DNA of 64,000 bases. It comes from Eukaryota sp. TZLM1-RC. Taxonomy: Eukaryota; Protista; Metamonada: BaSk clade. The position numbers were made by a program, and so were the translations under genes. The notes under the pieces are model-generated. The model was not told the origin of the DNA and did not search any database. It saw nothing but the letters and a program-made list of their open reading frames with translations. Positions 35,299 through 48,002 of the stretch are shown here, piece after piece; the first letter of the stretch is position 1; every line of letters starts with the position of its first letter. The DNA is taken from assembly GCA_040285825.1 (NCBI GenBank), contig JAUPSS010000011.1:124001-188000 (forward strand), in the 5' to 3' direction.

Positions 35299-36786
35299 TT
35301 ATAGTTCAATATCGTCCACAATGACGGACAACGGCCTACCATGAGCACATGCATAAGGATTAGTACAAAGTGATAGTTGTAACAAAAGACGTTTCATTTG
35401 GTCAATGCTCAGAGCTTCATTGAAAAACACAGAACCCCTACAGCTTCTACTCTCAATTATGGAAAGAACACACCGTGGGATAAAGAAAGTACCTCTTACA
35501 TGTTCAACAGCGGCATCTATCCATGACTCCAATTCAGCAGACATTGTTGTACCAAATACAACAGGAACACTAGTTATACGAGAAGATTTTGGCAGAAACT
35601 TGAATGTCCATCCATACTGTTCCAACAGTTCTTTCCTTTCATCACTGCTGATATTCAAAATACGATGTTCAAGATGAGGACAAAGCGGAAGGTTTACCGA
35701 CAACGCAACTAGACCTTGAACAGTTTCTGTGTCTAGTTCATTTTCTAAGGAAATATTATGTATTTGCTCCAGATGTTCTAATGACAATTCTCTTGGAGTG
35801 GGAGGGCCATTTGTTACATTATGCTTAAAAATGTTGATAAGATGTTCTAATCTGATCCTTTCATGTGCTGCATGTTGATCAATGAAAACCAATTTTTTGT
35901 AATGTTTTAGTAAAATAAGTGAATTGTTCAATTGTCCTACTATTTTTGATTCTTCAATAATGTCTTTCAATTTGGAGCAATATGTCTGTCGCTTAATAAT
36001 ACACTCATTGAGAGGATACGTTATCATTTTAGGCACGGCAAATCTGTTTACTTTTAAAAGAAGCTCGTTCACTAGTGAATTGAGATGATTTTCACTATTA
36101 ATTGAGAGATAAATTGCGACAGTTTGATCTTTATTGTAAATATGTGAAATTAATTTAGTTATTCGTGAAAGTTGTTGAGAATAGGTAGTGGTTAAATGAT
36201 GCTGCAAGACTAAAACGGACTTGAATCTACCTGGATTAGTCATAAAAAAGAAGGAATTGACATCATTATAATCTGGGGTTAAATCAATGACTTCAGTATT
36301 TAATTTGGCTGTTTCTTCACAAGAAGCCATATTGATTAGAGAAAGTAAAAGTAAAACTCGCTTATTCTTACAAGCAGGAAGTATTGAATGGGTTTTGATT
36401 TCACTGACAGTAATGGTGGCAGTCTGGTAATGTAAGCAAATGTCTATGAGTGTGGGAAGTGGAAAGGGAAAACTGAAAGGAAGGACCACGCATGTAGAGA
36501 CTCCACTGGGCAGCAGATTCCCAGGACAACGAGCATGTTTGAAAGAGGATGAAATGGAATGAATAAGAACAGATTGGTGTTGCCTGCAAATATATCTGAA
36601 TGGGGCAGATTGATTCGTTTTGTGGAATGTTGTAACTTCTCTAATGATTAGCTGGGACGGCATGCATTGTGTGTCCACCATTAAGGTGATTTTAGAAGAG
36701 GCAACTTCGATGTCCAGCTTTTTGGGTTGGCTTGAAAATAGTAATTTTACAATGTGAGAGCATAAGCGAGTAGAAGATACTTCCAT
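35299..36786 (-). CDS. MLH3: MLH3-like MutL protein (C-terminal endonuclease domain clear, N-terminus highly divergent)
   Basis: GQ...IDQHAAHERIRLE, SCRGSV, CAHGRP motifs. Confidence 0.75.
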   Translation of the reverse strand: MEVSSTRLCSHIVKLLFSSQPKKLDIEVASSKITLMVDTQCMPSQLIIREVTTFHKTNQSAPFRYICRQHQSVLIHSISSSFKHARCPGNLLPSGVSTCVVLPFSFPFPLPTLIDICLHYQTATITVSEIKTHSILPACKNKRVLLLLSLINMASCEETAKLNTEVIDLTPDYNDVNSFFFMTNPGRFKSVLVLQHHLTTTYSQQLSRITKLISHIYNKDQTVAIYLSINSENHLNSLVNELLLKVNRFAVPKMITYPLNECIIKRQTYCSKLKDIIEESKIVGQLNNSLILLKHYKKLVFIDQHAAHERIRLEHLINIFKHNVTNGPPTPRELSLEHLEQIHNISLENELDTETVQGLVALSVNLPLCPHLEHRILNISSDERKELLEQYGWTFKFLPKSSRITSVPVVFGTTMSAELESWIDAAVEHVRGTFFIPRCVLSIIESRSCRGSVFFNEALSIDQMKRLLLQLSLCTNPYACAHGRPLSVIVDDIEL

Positions 36787-37015
36787 TTAGAGCATAGTTA
36801 AGAAATTAGAGAAACGATTTTCAAAATACATGATGTGTATCACACATTGTTTAATTAAATGTTAATTACAAATGAAATTACCACTTGTGGCACTGTCAGC
36901 ACACTTGGTCAGGTGAATGGATTAACATGTATGTATCAAATAAAGAAATCAACAACATTTATGCAAAGAAGTGTAAATTAAAATAAAGAGAAAATTGATT
37001 TGATTGCGTTTGAGA

Positions 37016-37831
37016 TTAAACAACCAAACGTGAACGTACAAGTGTTCTATTTGAACGGGTAACTTTTTGAGAAGCCTTTTTTGAAAGTGCATGATGTTTG
37101 TAAGCATTAAAAAGATTTTCCTTGACCTCGTTATTAGTGGTAATAGAATGAACTTCTAAACAATGTTCCAGAGTGCTAATTGTGGATGGATCGATATACT
37201 TGAAATCCAAATGTTTTAAAATACTTAAAACAAGATCATTGTTGTTAGACCCATCCTCCAAAACCTCAAGTAACATTTGCACAAGCCAATTGTGTGTTTC
37301 GACATTTTTGCTTAAGGACTCTACCAAAATTACTACCGATTCTAGTGGCAAAAGGAAGGGACGAATATCAGGAAACAGTGGGACAAACTGAGACAAAACT
37401 TGCATAAAAGAGGAACAAGAATGTTGTGACCCATCTTGTAATAAACGTATAATTTGCTTGGTATCAGAGACAAAGTCTTTCAGACGTGTTTTCAACAGAT
37501 CCTGTAGTTTACCTACTTGAAAGTAATCGGAAAGAATCCACCATGATAACACAGAAGAGCAGTCGTTAACATGGAGTTCAAAACCATAAAACCACTTCAA
37601 AAAGCTTTCAAATATTTCTGGAGGAATGTGTACTAGGTCTAGTTCAAGAACAGCATTCTGTGTTTCCTTGAAATCACTGCGGCATAATTTGTGGAAGTAC
37701 TCAGAATGTAATGATAGAAGAAAATTATGGACCTTATATGTGACACTACAATGTGAAATAGATAAATCTGGAGTAGGAACAGCATTGGTATCGTTAAACA
37801 GCCCTTGAAGCGAAGCAATAACATGTGACAT
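37016..37831 (-). CDS. BTB/POZ-domain protein
   Basis: DLSI....YKVHNFLLSLHSEYF.....FKE......FESFLKWFYG. Confidence 0.85.
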   Translation of the reverse strand: MSHVIASLQGLFNDTNAVPTPDLSISHCSVTYKVHNFLLSLHSEYFHKLCRSDFKETQNAVLELDLVHIPPEIFESFLKWFYGFELHVNDCSSVLSWWILSDYFQVGKLQDLLKTRLKDFVSDTKQIIRLLQDGSQHSCSSFMQVLSQFVPLFPDIRPFLLPLESVVILVESLSKNVETHNWLVQMLLEVLEDGSNNNDLVLSILKHLDFKYIDPSTISTLEHCLEVHSITTNNEVKENLFNAYKHHALSKKASQKVTRSNRTLVRSRLVV

Positions 37832-39281
37832 AATGATGCAGAGTACACATATACTAGTGTTGAATTGAAGATATCCTACAAAAATAGGCGTGGTTTATTG
37901 AAGAAACAGCAATAATGCCAATATACAAAAAGCCAAAAACAATGACACTGAGATTAGATGTTGTAAAAACAATGAATAAAGTCAGCGATCTAGGTGGTAG
38001 ATAAACCTGTCATCAAAACACCTCAGCAGTAGCAAAAGTCATTCATCATGAAATATCTTTGAGGATGTGAACATACAAGTGTAAATGTGGTAGGGAAAAT
38101 GACCAAAAAAATTCGTCTTCATAATCCTGAGATATGTTCTTCATACACTCACTGTTTGAGTAAATGTATCCCATCCCAGTGATATGGAACTGAAAATTGG
38201 TGATCTTGTTGGTCAGAATCATCTCGATACATTTCTTCGTGTATACCCGATAAAAACTGATAGGCCTTTTTTTGTTTTCTAAGGAAAAGGTGAAATGATC
38301 TGAGTTTCATTTTCATTAAAACTTAGAAATACTGAACCTTTCACTGTTGAGAAGTGATTGATTGAAACAATGGGTCTTCTACAAAGACTTGATATAATTG
38401 TTTCTTGAAGTCTTCAGCCAATTTTTCAATTATGGTAAAAAGCATTTGTGAACACTAGGGGTGTACAATTGATTCCATAAGTGGACTCAAGTCGTCTTAG
38501 GCTGTAGACTGAGCTGAGTTGACTTCATGTGTTTTTCATCTGAATCGAGTCAAGTATGTCACATAGTTTTATTGTCTGTGATTTTAATTTTGTAAATATA
38601 TTTTATAAAGTTAATTACGAAATGAAGAGAATTTTAAGACATTGATCAAAGTTTCATTTATTTTAAGACCTTTCATGAAAAACTTCGACATAATAAAATA
38701 TCAGTTGACTTTTTGTGCAAGCATAGAGAACGCCTGATGAGGATATGGGAGCTCATCAATAATTTTCTATTTGGCATCAATTAAAAAATTTTAGCTTTCT
38801 GCAGTAAACGGGAACATTCACCTGTATCCACGTTAAGCCAATGTTGTGTCTGGGAACCAATCAATTTGTAACCATGCTGTTGGTTTTATCGAATACTTTT
38901 TCAGCAACATATGGGTTCATAGCCGTGATCTAACCAGTATGAGGTTAAGATTAAGATCTGTACAAGGCAGTTCTTTGTTTATCAAAATAAAATATGCTGA
39001 AAGAGACGCTGAGAAGTTCAATTTTGATCATAGTTTCAATGATCTATTCCAATAATTATGGGGTAGGGGGTGTTAGCATTTTACTTTGAGACAGAATTCC
39101 AAAATTCTCACTAATATTGTGGAACTATTGGAATTGATTGAGCTTATTTTTAATAGAGGTATAAAAAGTTTGTTATTACAAAGTTCTGGAATTCTGAAAT
39201 CTGTAATTTCAAAACTAATAAATTGGAATTTTGGTTCATGAAAAATGGCAAAGGTTCCTTTTTCCTTTTTCTTTTGTTTCA

Positions 39282-40117
39282 ATGCCTTCAAAAGAAACCA
39301 AAGATGAGTACATCGCTCGTGCTGAGGAGTTGTTCCTCTCACACTCTAAGATTATGGTTGTTGGTTTAGATAATGTCACTTCTAACCAAGTCCAGAAGAT
39401 CCGTGCTTCCCTCCGCGGAAAGGCTACACTCCTTTGCGGCAAGAATGTATGGAAAAGTCACGTGCCTAATTGTAGACCAGAATCACTGTTGCTCTCAAGC
39501 GTGCTACCAAGCAGAATGATAACCTAGGCAAGCTCGTGCCATATTTATCCGGTAATGTGGCTTTTGTCTTCTGTCAAGGTGATCTTGTTGAAATCCGTGA
39601 TCTCATTGCCAGCAACAAGGTCGAAGCTCCAGCTCGTACCGGTGTCGTTGCCCCCGATGATGTGCACATTCCTGCAGGTCCAACCGGTATGGAACCCACC
39701 CAAACATCTTTCTTGCAAGCTTTGAACATCGCTACTAAGATTTCCAAGGGTCAAATCGATATCATCAATAATGTTCACCTCATCCACCAAGGTGAGAAAG
39801 TCACCGCTTCGCAGGTTGCTCTTCTTCAAAAGCTTAAGATCAAACCTTTCTTCTATGGTATGGAAATCTTCCGAATCCTCGAAGACAGTTCTATGTACAC
39901 CCCTGACGTTCTTGACATCACCAAGGACGATATTCTTGACATGTTCAAGACAGGTATTTCCAATATTGCAGCAGTTTCCCTCCAAGTTGGTCTTCCCAAT
40001 GCTGCCTCTGTTCCACATATGATTATGAATGGTGTCAAGAATCTCCTTTCCATAGCTGTCACTACTGATGTTTCCTTCCCAGGAGCCGAAGAAATTAAAG
40101 CCAAACTTTCTGAATAA
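39282..40117 (+). CDS. RPLP0: 60S acidic ribosomal protein P0 (uL10), 2 exons (intron 39447-39475), lacking the acidic C-terminal tail
   Basis: DNVTSNQVQKIRASLRG..GKN|T, APARTG, GPTGMEP.QTSFLQALNIATKISKGQIDI. Confidence 0.93.
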
Positions 40118-40914
40118 TTCTATCGTGCATGATCTTAATTTTTGTGAGTCGAATAAATGCTTTAGAGATGAGTTCACACTGCTTGAAGTGCTGTGCTTTA
40201 ATAAATAGTTTTCCACCATGTGATGTGTGATGATGAACACTGTTGTGTTCACAATCTTGTGTTGTCATCTAACATATTGGTTGTTACATTTATTGAATAT
40301 TGAATCAATGTGACACACAGAAAGTGCTTTCAGTTAGCACATTATTGACACGAGTACAATGACATTGAAGTGTCCCTTAATCTTTTACTAATTTTTCCCA
40401 TGAAGTGTGTGAAGATTCATTATATAAATTATCCAATATATCTCTACAAATTACATTTTATAATCCCTCTGTTTCTCACAATCAAAACAATACCTTGATG
40501 TACAATGAATAACTCGGTATAATTTAAGAAAAATGATTTAGATATTTGCATTCTATATTAATTGATCAGTGGTGTTTAAAGTGAAAAACTATCAAACACA
40601 TTATTTTCATGTAAATAACTGTTTCCAAATACTATACCTATAATCGTAACCTGCCTTCCAATACAAATTTCTTCAAACTAACACAGTAGTGGAAAAAATT
40701 CTACTGTGTTTAGGCTACATAATTTCAGTTGAAACTCCGATTCTCCAAAAAAGAATTGGGAAACAGTGCACAATCTGTTGATGAAAACATGAACGATTCA
40801 GAAAAAGAATTAGTTGAATAGCCTCATTTTAAGTGGGTAAAAGTGAAATATACAATAGAGTGTCAATATTTGTTTATGTCTTACAATATGTAGAACTCAT
40901 GAGTGTAGAAAGGC

Positions 40915-42950
40915 TTTATTCCTGGAACAAACACATTTCACAACTCAACCAAAAACCTTAACTAAAACTTTCACCTACCAAAACCCCATTAATTGAATGA
41001 CGGGAGATTTTCACTATTCACTTAAAGAGTAACTCGCTTGTTATCAAACTCCGTAATGTTATTCAAAATGAAGTGAATATAACGAGGAAGAGCTTTCAAT
41101 AACGAAAATACGATTATATTCTTCCAAATTAGAAAATCAAACGTACGACAACCTTCTTTAAGTTCTGCAAAATCATCAAATATTGAGACCTTCACATCCA
41201 AGTGTCAAAAATAATGTCAATTGGGACAAATTTGATGTTTCTGCCTCTTGCTCCATTGAGACGTCGAAGAAGGACTTCGTAATGTAATTTTTTGGAAAGA
41301 TCTGCAAATGTGAGTAAATTTTGAATTTCAGAATTGGAAATCCCTTTGCACAATGATACGGTAGTATAATGGATAATTTGTTCAGTTCATTCATACCATG
41401 CACACTGAATATCACCTCGTTTTTGGCTCAAACTGTTGTTGTTACTGATTAACTAACTTGCTAGACAGATGAGGAATTTACATGCTGACGTGGCACTTGT
41501 TCAAGAACAAGTATTTTTATTAATAAACCTCTTTTCTCTCTTTACTTCTTTGGTATTTCTGCCTAACGGCATCAATAATTATTGGCCCTCATTGCAGATG
41601 ATATCTACACATGTACTACATCCGTCCCTTGCTTCTATGGAAGTGGATGATGTTCTGTTGTTCCTACAACAGTGGAAGGTGTACTCTTCTGTTACACCGA
41701 AAAAGGACCTTGTTCCAGCAAGGTTCCTCGTTGACCTCCTTGTTAGAATCATTGGTTCTCACAAGACCTGGGGTTGATTCATCCGATGAGGTGTTTCTGG
41801 ATCATTTAAGATCCTCCACCTCGTTTTCCTCGTATGAGGAATTCAACTTGGTGATGTCTGAGTTGAAGTTTGATGTCCGTAAGGGCGACGTCCGTGAACG
41901 TATGTCCTGCTACCTGAGACGTTTTCTTCAGGCGAAAAGCAGGGCTTCCGGACTGAAACTGCCTGACTCAGCCTTCATGATCAGATTCGCCAAGGGTATT
42001 CTTCCATTAGGACTGCAGAAATCTCTGATTTCTCGAATTCGGGACGAGGTATTCCCCGATTTTCCTACATTGGTAAATACCGCAGAGGAAGAATTACTTG
42101 ATTGCACGCGAGTAGCTTCCTGGAACAGGTCTTCAAAGACTGTTTCAGAAAATACCGACTCGGTGCGTCAAGCTGGTATGAAATCAATCATCTACGCCAC
42201 GTGCCTCAGTATCTCACAAATCCCCTATCTTCATTATGCTAAATGGTTTACGAAACTGTTGAAAGAAAATGGGAAGAAGTAGTGTTGTTGTTACTGATTA
42301 ACTAACTTGCTAGACAGATGAGGAATTTACATGATGACGTGGCACTTGTTCAAGAACAAGTATTTCTATGAATAAACCTCTTTTCTCTCTTTACTTCTTT
42401 GGTATTTCTGCCTAACGGCATCAAAACTGAAATTCAATTCATCAAACAGTGGTTCTGAACATGATGTGGTTCTGCATGATGAGCGTATTTTAATAGATCA
42501 TTAATACAATCACGAACAGTATTGTGGCTAATTGATCTTTTTTGAGTGAATTTGCAGCAGGAAATAACGTGATCAAGAGAACCATAAACACCACATTTAC
42601 ATTTCTTTTTTGATAAGCATGGAGAAGGAAGTAGATTAAGTTTAATTCGCATGACTGTCAAAAATTGAATATCGGACAGCATTAATCCAAAACGGCAAGG
42701 AATTTGTGTTATCAAACAAGATGAACTATGTGGAAAAGAATTGACACTACACAAAGAAGACAAAAATAGTTTCAAAGAAAATTCACATGGTTGTTAGCCA
42801 TGCTAATTTGGTTGTTCACTGATTCTGCTTCTAAATAATTATTTATCATTTTCTGTAGTTCAGGAAAAGTTCTTAAAAAGTTAGATATATCTTCAATTTC
42901 AATCGAGGAAAAGTCAACTTTTGCAGAAAATAACGGTTTCCAGAAATCAT
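40915..42950 (-). mobile_element. CRE-like non-LTR fragment (family B) interrupted by a mini-LTR element
   Basis: Reverse complement of 56270-56629 plus 58103-58790; CKCG....HVISC....SISHNTVRD. Confidence 0.75.
41434..42423 (+). mobile_element. Non-autonomous gag-only LTR retroelement of 990 bp
   Basis: 141-bp TG...CA LTRs at 41434-41574 and 42283-42423 (3 mismatches seen); 4-bp TSD AAAC; PPT GAAAGAAAATGGGAAGAAG; frameshifted gag-like ORF. Confidence 0.88.
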
Positions 42951-43039
42951 TTTTTTGTTTTTACATTTTTTTCAACTAGAACATTGTATTTATTGAATTT
43001 GCACACTTGATTAAATTAAATCATAACTAATGGGACGAC

Positions 43040-44400
43040 TATCATTCAACTAGAAACTAAACAACAAGCTTAAAATTTTAAACCTTCATATCTCAAATCC
43101 GCCAAAAAGAAGTGACTGGAAGTTTTTCCTTCATAAAAACAAACAAGAAATAATAAAGTTGAAAATAATAAGGGGACAACACCTTTAAAAATTGAAAATA
43201 CAATTCTATTCTGCCAACACATATTGTCAAAGATTCTTTCTATACCTTGTTTTCAATTTCAACAAAATCATCCAAGAAAGATAAAGCAAGTGGTCGAAGC
43301 GTGCCATGTAAGGAACGCAAATGGACAAAAGACATAATAATCATGTGTTTCAGCATTCAAGGATAGCAATTTTGCTTTATATTGATCAATTTTAATGTTT
43401 TCGGCAACAGACAGCGGATTCTTGTGTTATGACTGAGCTAACGGTATAAAAGTATTATGACACACATCAGTGGATCTCACATCATCAATTATGGTCGTCC
43501 CTTCAAGACCTTGAAGCATTAATCACCACTATTTCGACCAAAAGAATTTAAAGTATCCTCATCAACCAAACGAGAGAGTAATGGTTCTAAATCAAAAACA
43601 ATTCTGTGTGACTTTGGCATACAGTAGAGTTGATCCCTAACTGCATCATGGATTTTTGATCGGAAAGTAATAAGATGTTTACAATTAAAAAGATCATTTG
43701 GAGAAATTTTCAATCCACATCTACAAATCAAATTATGGGGCACGTTATCAGGCAAAATTAAACATCGAAGGCGCATTGTATTGATGGTATTTCCTGTACA
43801 TTATCGGCAAAAGCATTTACTCCAAATGTCAGGGGTAAGCAATCAAGCCCATTTTCAAGGTCTGTTAAATAATTATAACTTGTAGAATTCCGTAAATTGA
43901 CATCATGTGGAAAACGGTTGCAAAAAGTCAAAAACAAATTTTTTTCCTCTACTAAGGAAAGTTGCTCGCCAGACAATAGACGATTTAGTGAAGTTAATTC
44001 CACCAAAAAAAGATGATGAAAACACATTACTTCGAATTAGTTCAGGATTGACATCAATCAAAGATGAAAGCATCCATCCAGAAATCATTGGAGCTTTTTT
44101 CCAAGAAGGTACGTAAACATTTCATCGCAACTGAAGAAGAGTTATACGCTAAATGAATCCATTGATGAGGAAACGATAAAGCAAGTTCATAAAGGAAATC
44201 CTTGATTCCACCTATAAACGCAGCATTTGATAAAATAGATGAACGTTTTAGGCCAATACCGTCATGCTTGTGAGATCTAAAAGCATGAAAGGAAGTATCA
44301 TCAATATTATTGCTGTTCAGTAATGAACCCACAAATTGAGTTCTTTTAGTCAAATACCGTTTGACATAGTGATTATTCAAAGTTGGAGGAATAGTATAAA
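43040..44400 (-). mobile_element. 5'-truncated CRE-like non-LTR retrotransposon (family A)
   Basis: Inverted near-identical match to 55019-56265; GIGL..SSILSNAAFIGG, CRCG, HDAVRD. Confidence 0.8.
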
Positions 44401-44598
44401 CTAATTAGTATTGAAGATATCAGGATACATTAAATAATTGGGAGTAACAATAATAATTGTTCAAGTTGTTTCCAAAACTTAGCACGAATTACCATAATAC
44501 AATAATCATGAATCAGCTCGAAATACATTCTATTTTTGGATTTTGACCTTTCGCATATATCAAAATTCATTTGAAAATTGATCATTGTCAGAACTTAC

Positions 44599-46531
44599 AT
44601 GCAAACCAGATCTTCTGATGCGTCTGTACGCCTTTCCTCTCTCAAGGACTTGGTTCGATTATATCCCAAAATAGCCCTGAAGTCTCTTCTTGTTGCATTA
44701 CCGCTACTTTCATATGTCGCTTTCACTCTCCTGTCTCGTGTTTCATTGTTCTGTAGTCCTCAAGCTCGCACCATGAATGGTATGTTCATGTTCTGATTGA
44801 TCATAGATCGTTTCTGGTTGGCTGCTGAAAACATGTTTCAAAATACTTTGGTGCTTACTTTTTTCTACTGGCCAATTTACTTTCTGTGGCCGAGAAAAAC
44901 CGTGGGCTTCAGGAAATACACAATTGGTTTTGGTCTAGCCATTGCTTTATACAGTATGCTAAAACCTTTCACTTTAGGTGACCGTGTCCCTGCAGCTTAC
45001 CTTCTTGCTGGCTTGTTTGTTTTGTTCCTTTAATAACTAACTTTAGATATGGTTGTGAATTTATTTTTTTATTTAGAATATCTAAATACTGTAAAAAACG
45101 GGAAATTATTAGACCTCGTTATTTCTTGTTTATGTTTCTTCCCTTCATAGTTAATTTGTTCTTGATGGAATTTGTAATCATTCGCATGTATTTTGCTGCA
45201 GAAAGTTATGCAACTCGTGTTTTTATTCGTATGGTATTAGCACCTTTTTTATGCTACACATCTGAAACATTTGCCAGAATAGCTATTCGTCGCATTTGTA
45301 CACATTACCAGCAAAACCAGAAAAAATGTGACGTATCTGTTATTATGAAATCTATGAGAAAACCATTTGCTTTTCTGGTATGTCATGGTTTGATTAACCG
45401 TAGTTTGGTATTCATTCTGTTGTCAAATTGCTCGTTCTTCGATTGTATGTCATCATTGTAGTTTTCTTTACCTCAGACTTGTTGCTAATGCGGGTTCCCT
45501 GATTGAAACTACTTTCATGGTAGTTATTGCTGCGATCTTGGAAATCTTCTGGAAGTACACCGCTAGAGCTCGTGATGAATGGATTGAAAAAACATTAGTT
45601 ACCAAGAAGGGTGGTGCCACGATTGTAGACGTTGATGATGTAGAAATGCAGGCATCAGGTCTTTTTGAAAAGCAAAATGAAGTTTATGAGGAAGTTTCTT
45701 CCCCTGCACCAATTCACACACAGGAGAACATTCTCGATGAACAGCTCCCAGTCCCCAACGAAGTCATCTCTGATGGGACTTCTCCTTCAGACGTCACTTC
45801 ACCTCCTGTTGAAAAATCCCATCTCAACCAGGAAGAACCCAGTACTGATGAAGAATCTCAAGATGATGATGAAGAAAGTGTGTTGCTGTCTGAAGTACAA
45901 AACCTAGCTGGTAACGAATCAGGCACTGATACTGATGTAAAGTCCATAGAGATGAGGGGTATTTGTGAGTCACCTGTGAAGAAAGCTTCAAAAACGGATA
46001 TTCAGACATTTAAGGATGAAAATTTAACTGATTTTGACTTATTGTATGCCAATATTAATCTCTTTGATATTGTTTTTGATCTTACGGCTATTGTCATTAC
46101 TTTCGCCATGTGTGTTTTTTCTTTTAATTATTTCTAATCTCAGGAGTATGTGTGCTTATATACTATTCGAATCATGGGATGCTCTTTACGAAGCATTACC
46201 AGAGTTGTTGAGTGTTTTGGTAGTACAATGTGGAACAAACTTTTTAACCGATATTACTGTTCTATATTGCCTCTCTCTGAAACGAATGAAACAAAGGGAA
46301 AAAACCCATTTCCCTCTTGTTTGGGAACGTTACGCCAAGCAGTACTATCTTCCGCTGTTTATTCCAATGGCAACAGGTATTGTCTATTATTGGTATGTCT
46401 TGATCTTATTTTCTTATTTTAGTGTTCGTTATTACTTGGCCATTAGACAAACATGGCACAATTTTTCATTTTCTGATGATGTTGTGAATGAAGCTTGTAG
46501 GCATGCTAGGTTTGGTCCTTTTTCTGAGTAG
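44599..46531 (+). CDS. Multi-exon multi-pass membrane protein with a large acidic loop
   Basis: Consecutive hydrophobic ORFs separated by short GT..AG segments (for example ~44780-44807 and 45015-45046); exon boundaries only partly resolved. Confidence 0.6.
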
Positions 46532-46879
46532 TTTGTGTTTATTGAATTTGTGTTTTTTTATTAAGTCGATTTATAAAATAGTTTTTACCATCCTCACATC
46601 CTCACTCAACTAGTTGGGTCCGCCACCCAAATTAGCCTGGAATATTACCAGCCATTCATTCAGAAAGCTTTTGAATTTAGTTGAAAATTCTTTTCCCAGT
46701 AGGGATGTCCTGATCCTATCTTCTCAATTATGGTTGGTGTCAGATCTGAAGACTGTTTAGTGAAAAGCTTGCACAAAATTAAAATTCATTCAATGTGAAT
46801 CTGGAGACGATGATCCAGTAGATTGTACCACCATGATTAGCAACTCCGACACAAAGATCACACAAACAGAACTATTTCT

Positions 46880-47650
46880 TTCTATTCCATGCTCTTTTAA
46901 ATAGAGTAAATCAACTTTGTGTTTCCTGAAAAATTGAACTAAAAAGTGCTGGACTATACTTTACAAGTAAGTTTACACATCATTTTCACTAAACCCAAGA
47001 TCAGAATTTTTGATGCATGAATGACCATCAACAGATGTCGTAAGTACTAGATTCTTATAATCCATTCTCAATTGTTAGACAGCTTTGCTCATCATTTCTG
47101 CAGTTACTTGGATTCAATATAGAGGCATTTATTGAACCTTTAGACCGTAAGCAATCTCCAGATCAAACTGATGATTCCTTTGGTAAAAGAAGGGCAGATT
47201 TAGTAGCTCCAGGACTCGGTGGTGTTCTCAATGTTGTGAATGTTGTCTCAGTGGATCTCTGCAAAAATTCTGCTGCTCGTTTGGTTTATTCCGCTGAATT
47301 GCCGCTATCTAACGCCAAAAAAAGAAAATACAAAAATATGAAGAACCATTGGCACAATTAGGTAGAATTGAACATAAGAAATATCAGTTTGTACCGTTTG
47401 CAATTTCTCTTTTTGGCAATATTGGACCTTCAGGGTTACACTTTTTTGAAATTTTCAAAAAAGTTTTACTGAATAGGTTTGGTAAACAATGAACTCCACC
47501 TTCTGGTTAAATAGAATTGTTTTGTGCATTCTCAAGTCTATTCCAACAATGATTTCTAAAGCTCTTTTAATTATTGGTGTAGAATATGAACGAAATGCTG
47601 TGAGTAGGTTTAGTAATAGTGATGCTTGTTTGGAGGATATTGAATTCTAG
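46880..47650 (+). mobile_element. Degraded CRE-like non-LTR fragment
   Basis: IEPL...KRRADLVAPGLGG..NVVSVDLC..AKK.KY..PFAISLFGNIGPSG..NRIV. Confidence 0.65.
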
Positions 47651-47923
47651 ATAGAATTTTTTTTCAATATAAATACAGTACAAAACAATTACTTGGAGAA
47701 ATCTAAATTTTAATTATAATGTGACTTAAGTTGAGACTTCACTTCTTTCAAGAACCTTTGGAAATGGTGAATGAAATTTAATTCAGGTTTTTCACTACTT
47801 GTAAACGAATGAAACATCAAATAAAATCATTTAATATCTAACGAGTTATGTTCATACATTCTATTTAACCGTTCTTGTAGTGTTTGCAGAGTATTTGAAA
47901 AATATACAATTGTTTAGGTATAC

Positions 47924-48002
47924 TGTTGCCTAAAGTCTATTGTAGTAAAGAGAAGTCTGATTTATTTTCTAATCATATTATATAAGCCTTAGGGCGCCAA
48001 CA
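47924..48002 (-). repeat. 3' LTR, 79 bp, TGTTG...CAACA
   Basis: Direct repeat of 54028-54101 with one internal mismatch seen; contains TATATAA and AATAAA on the minus strand. Confidence 0.9.
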
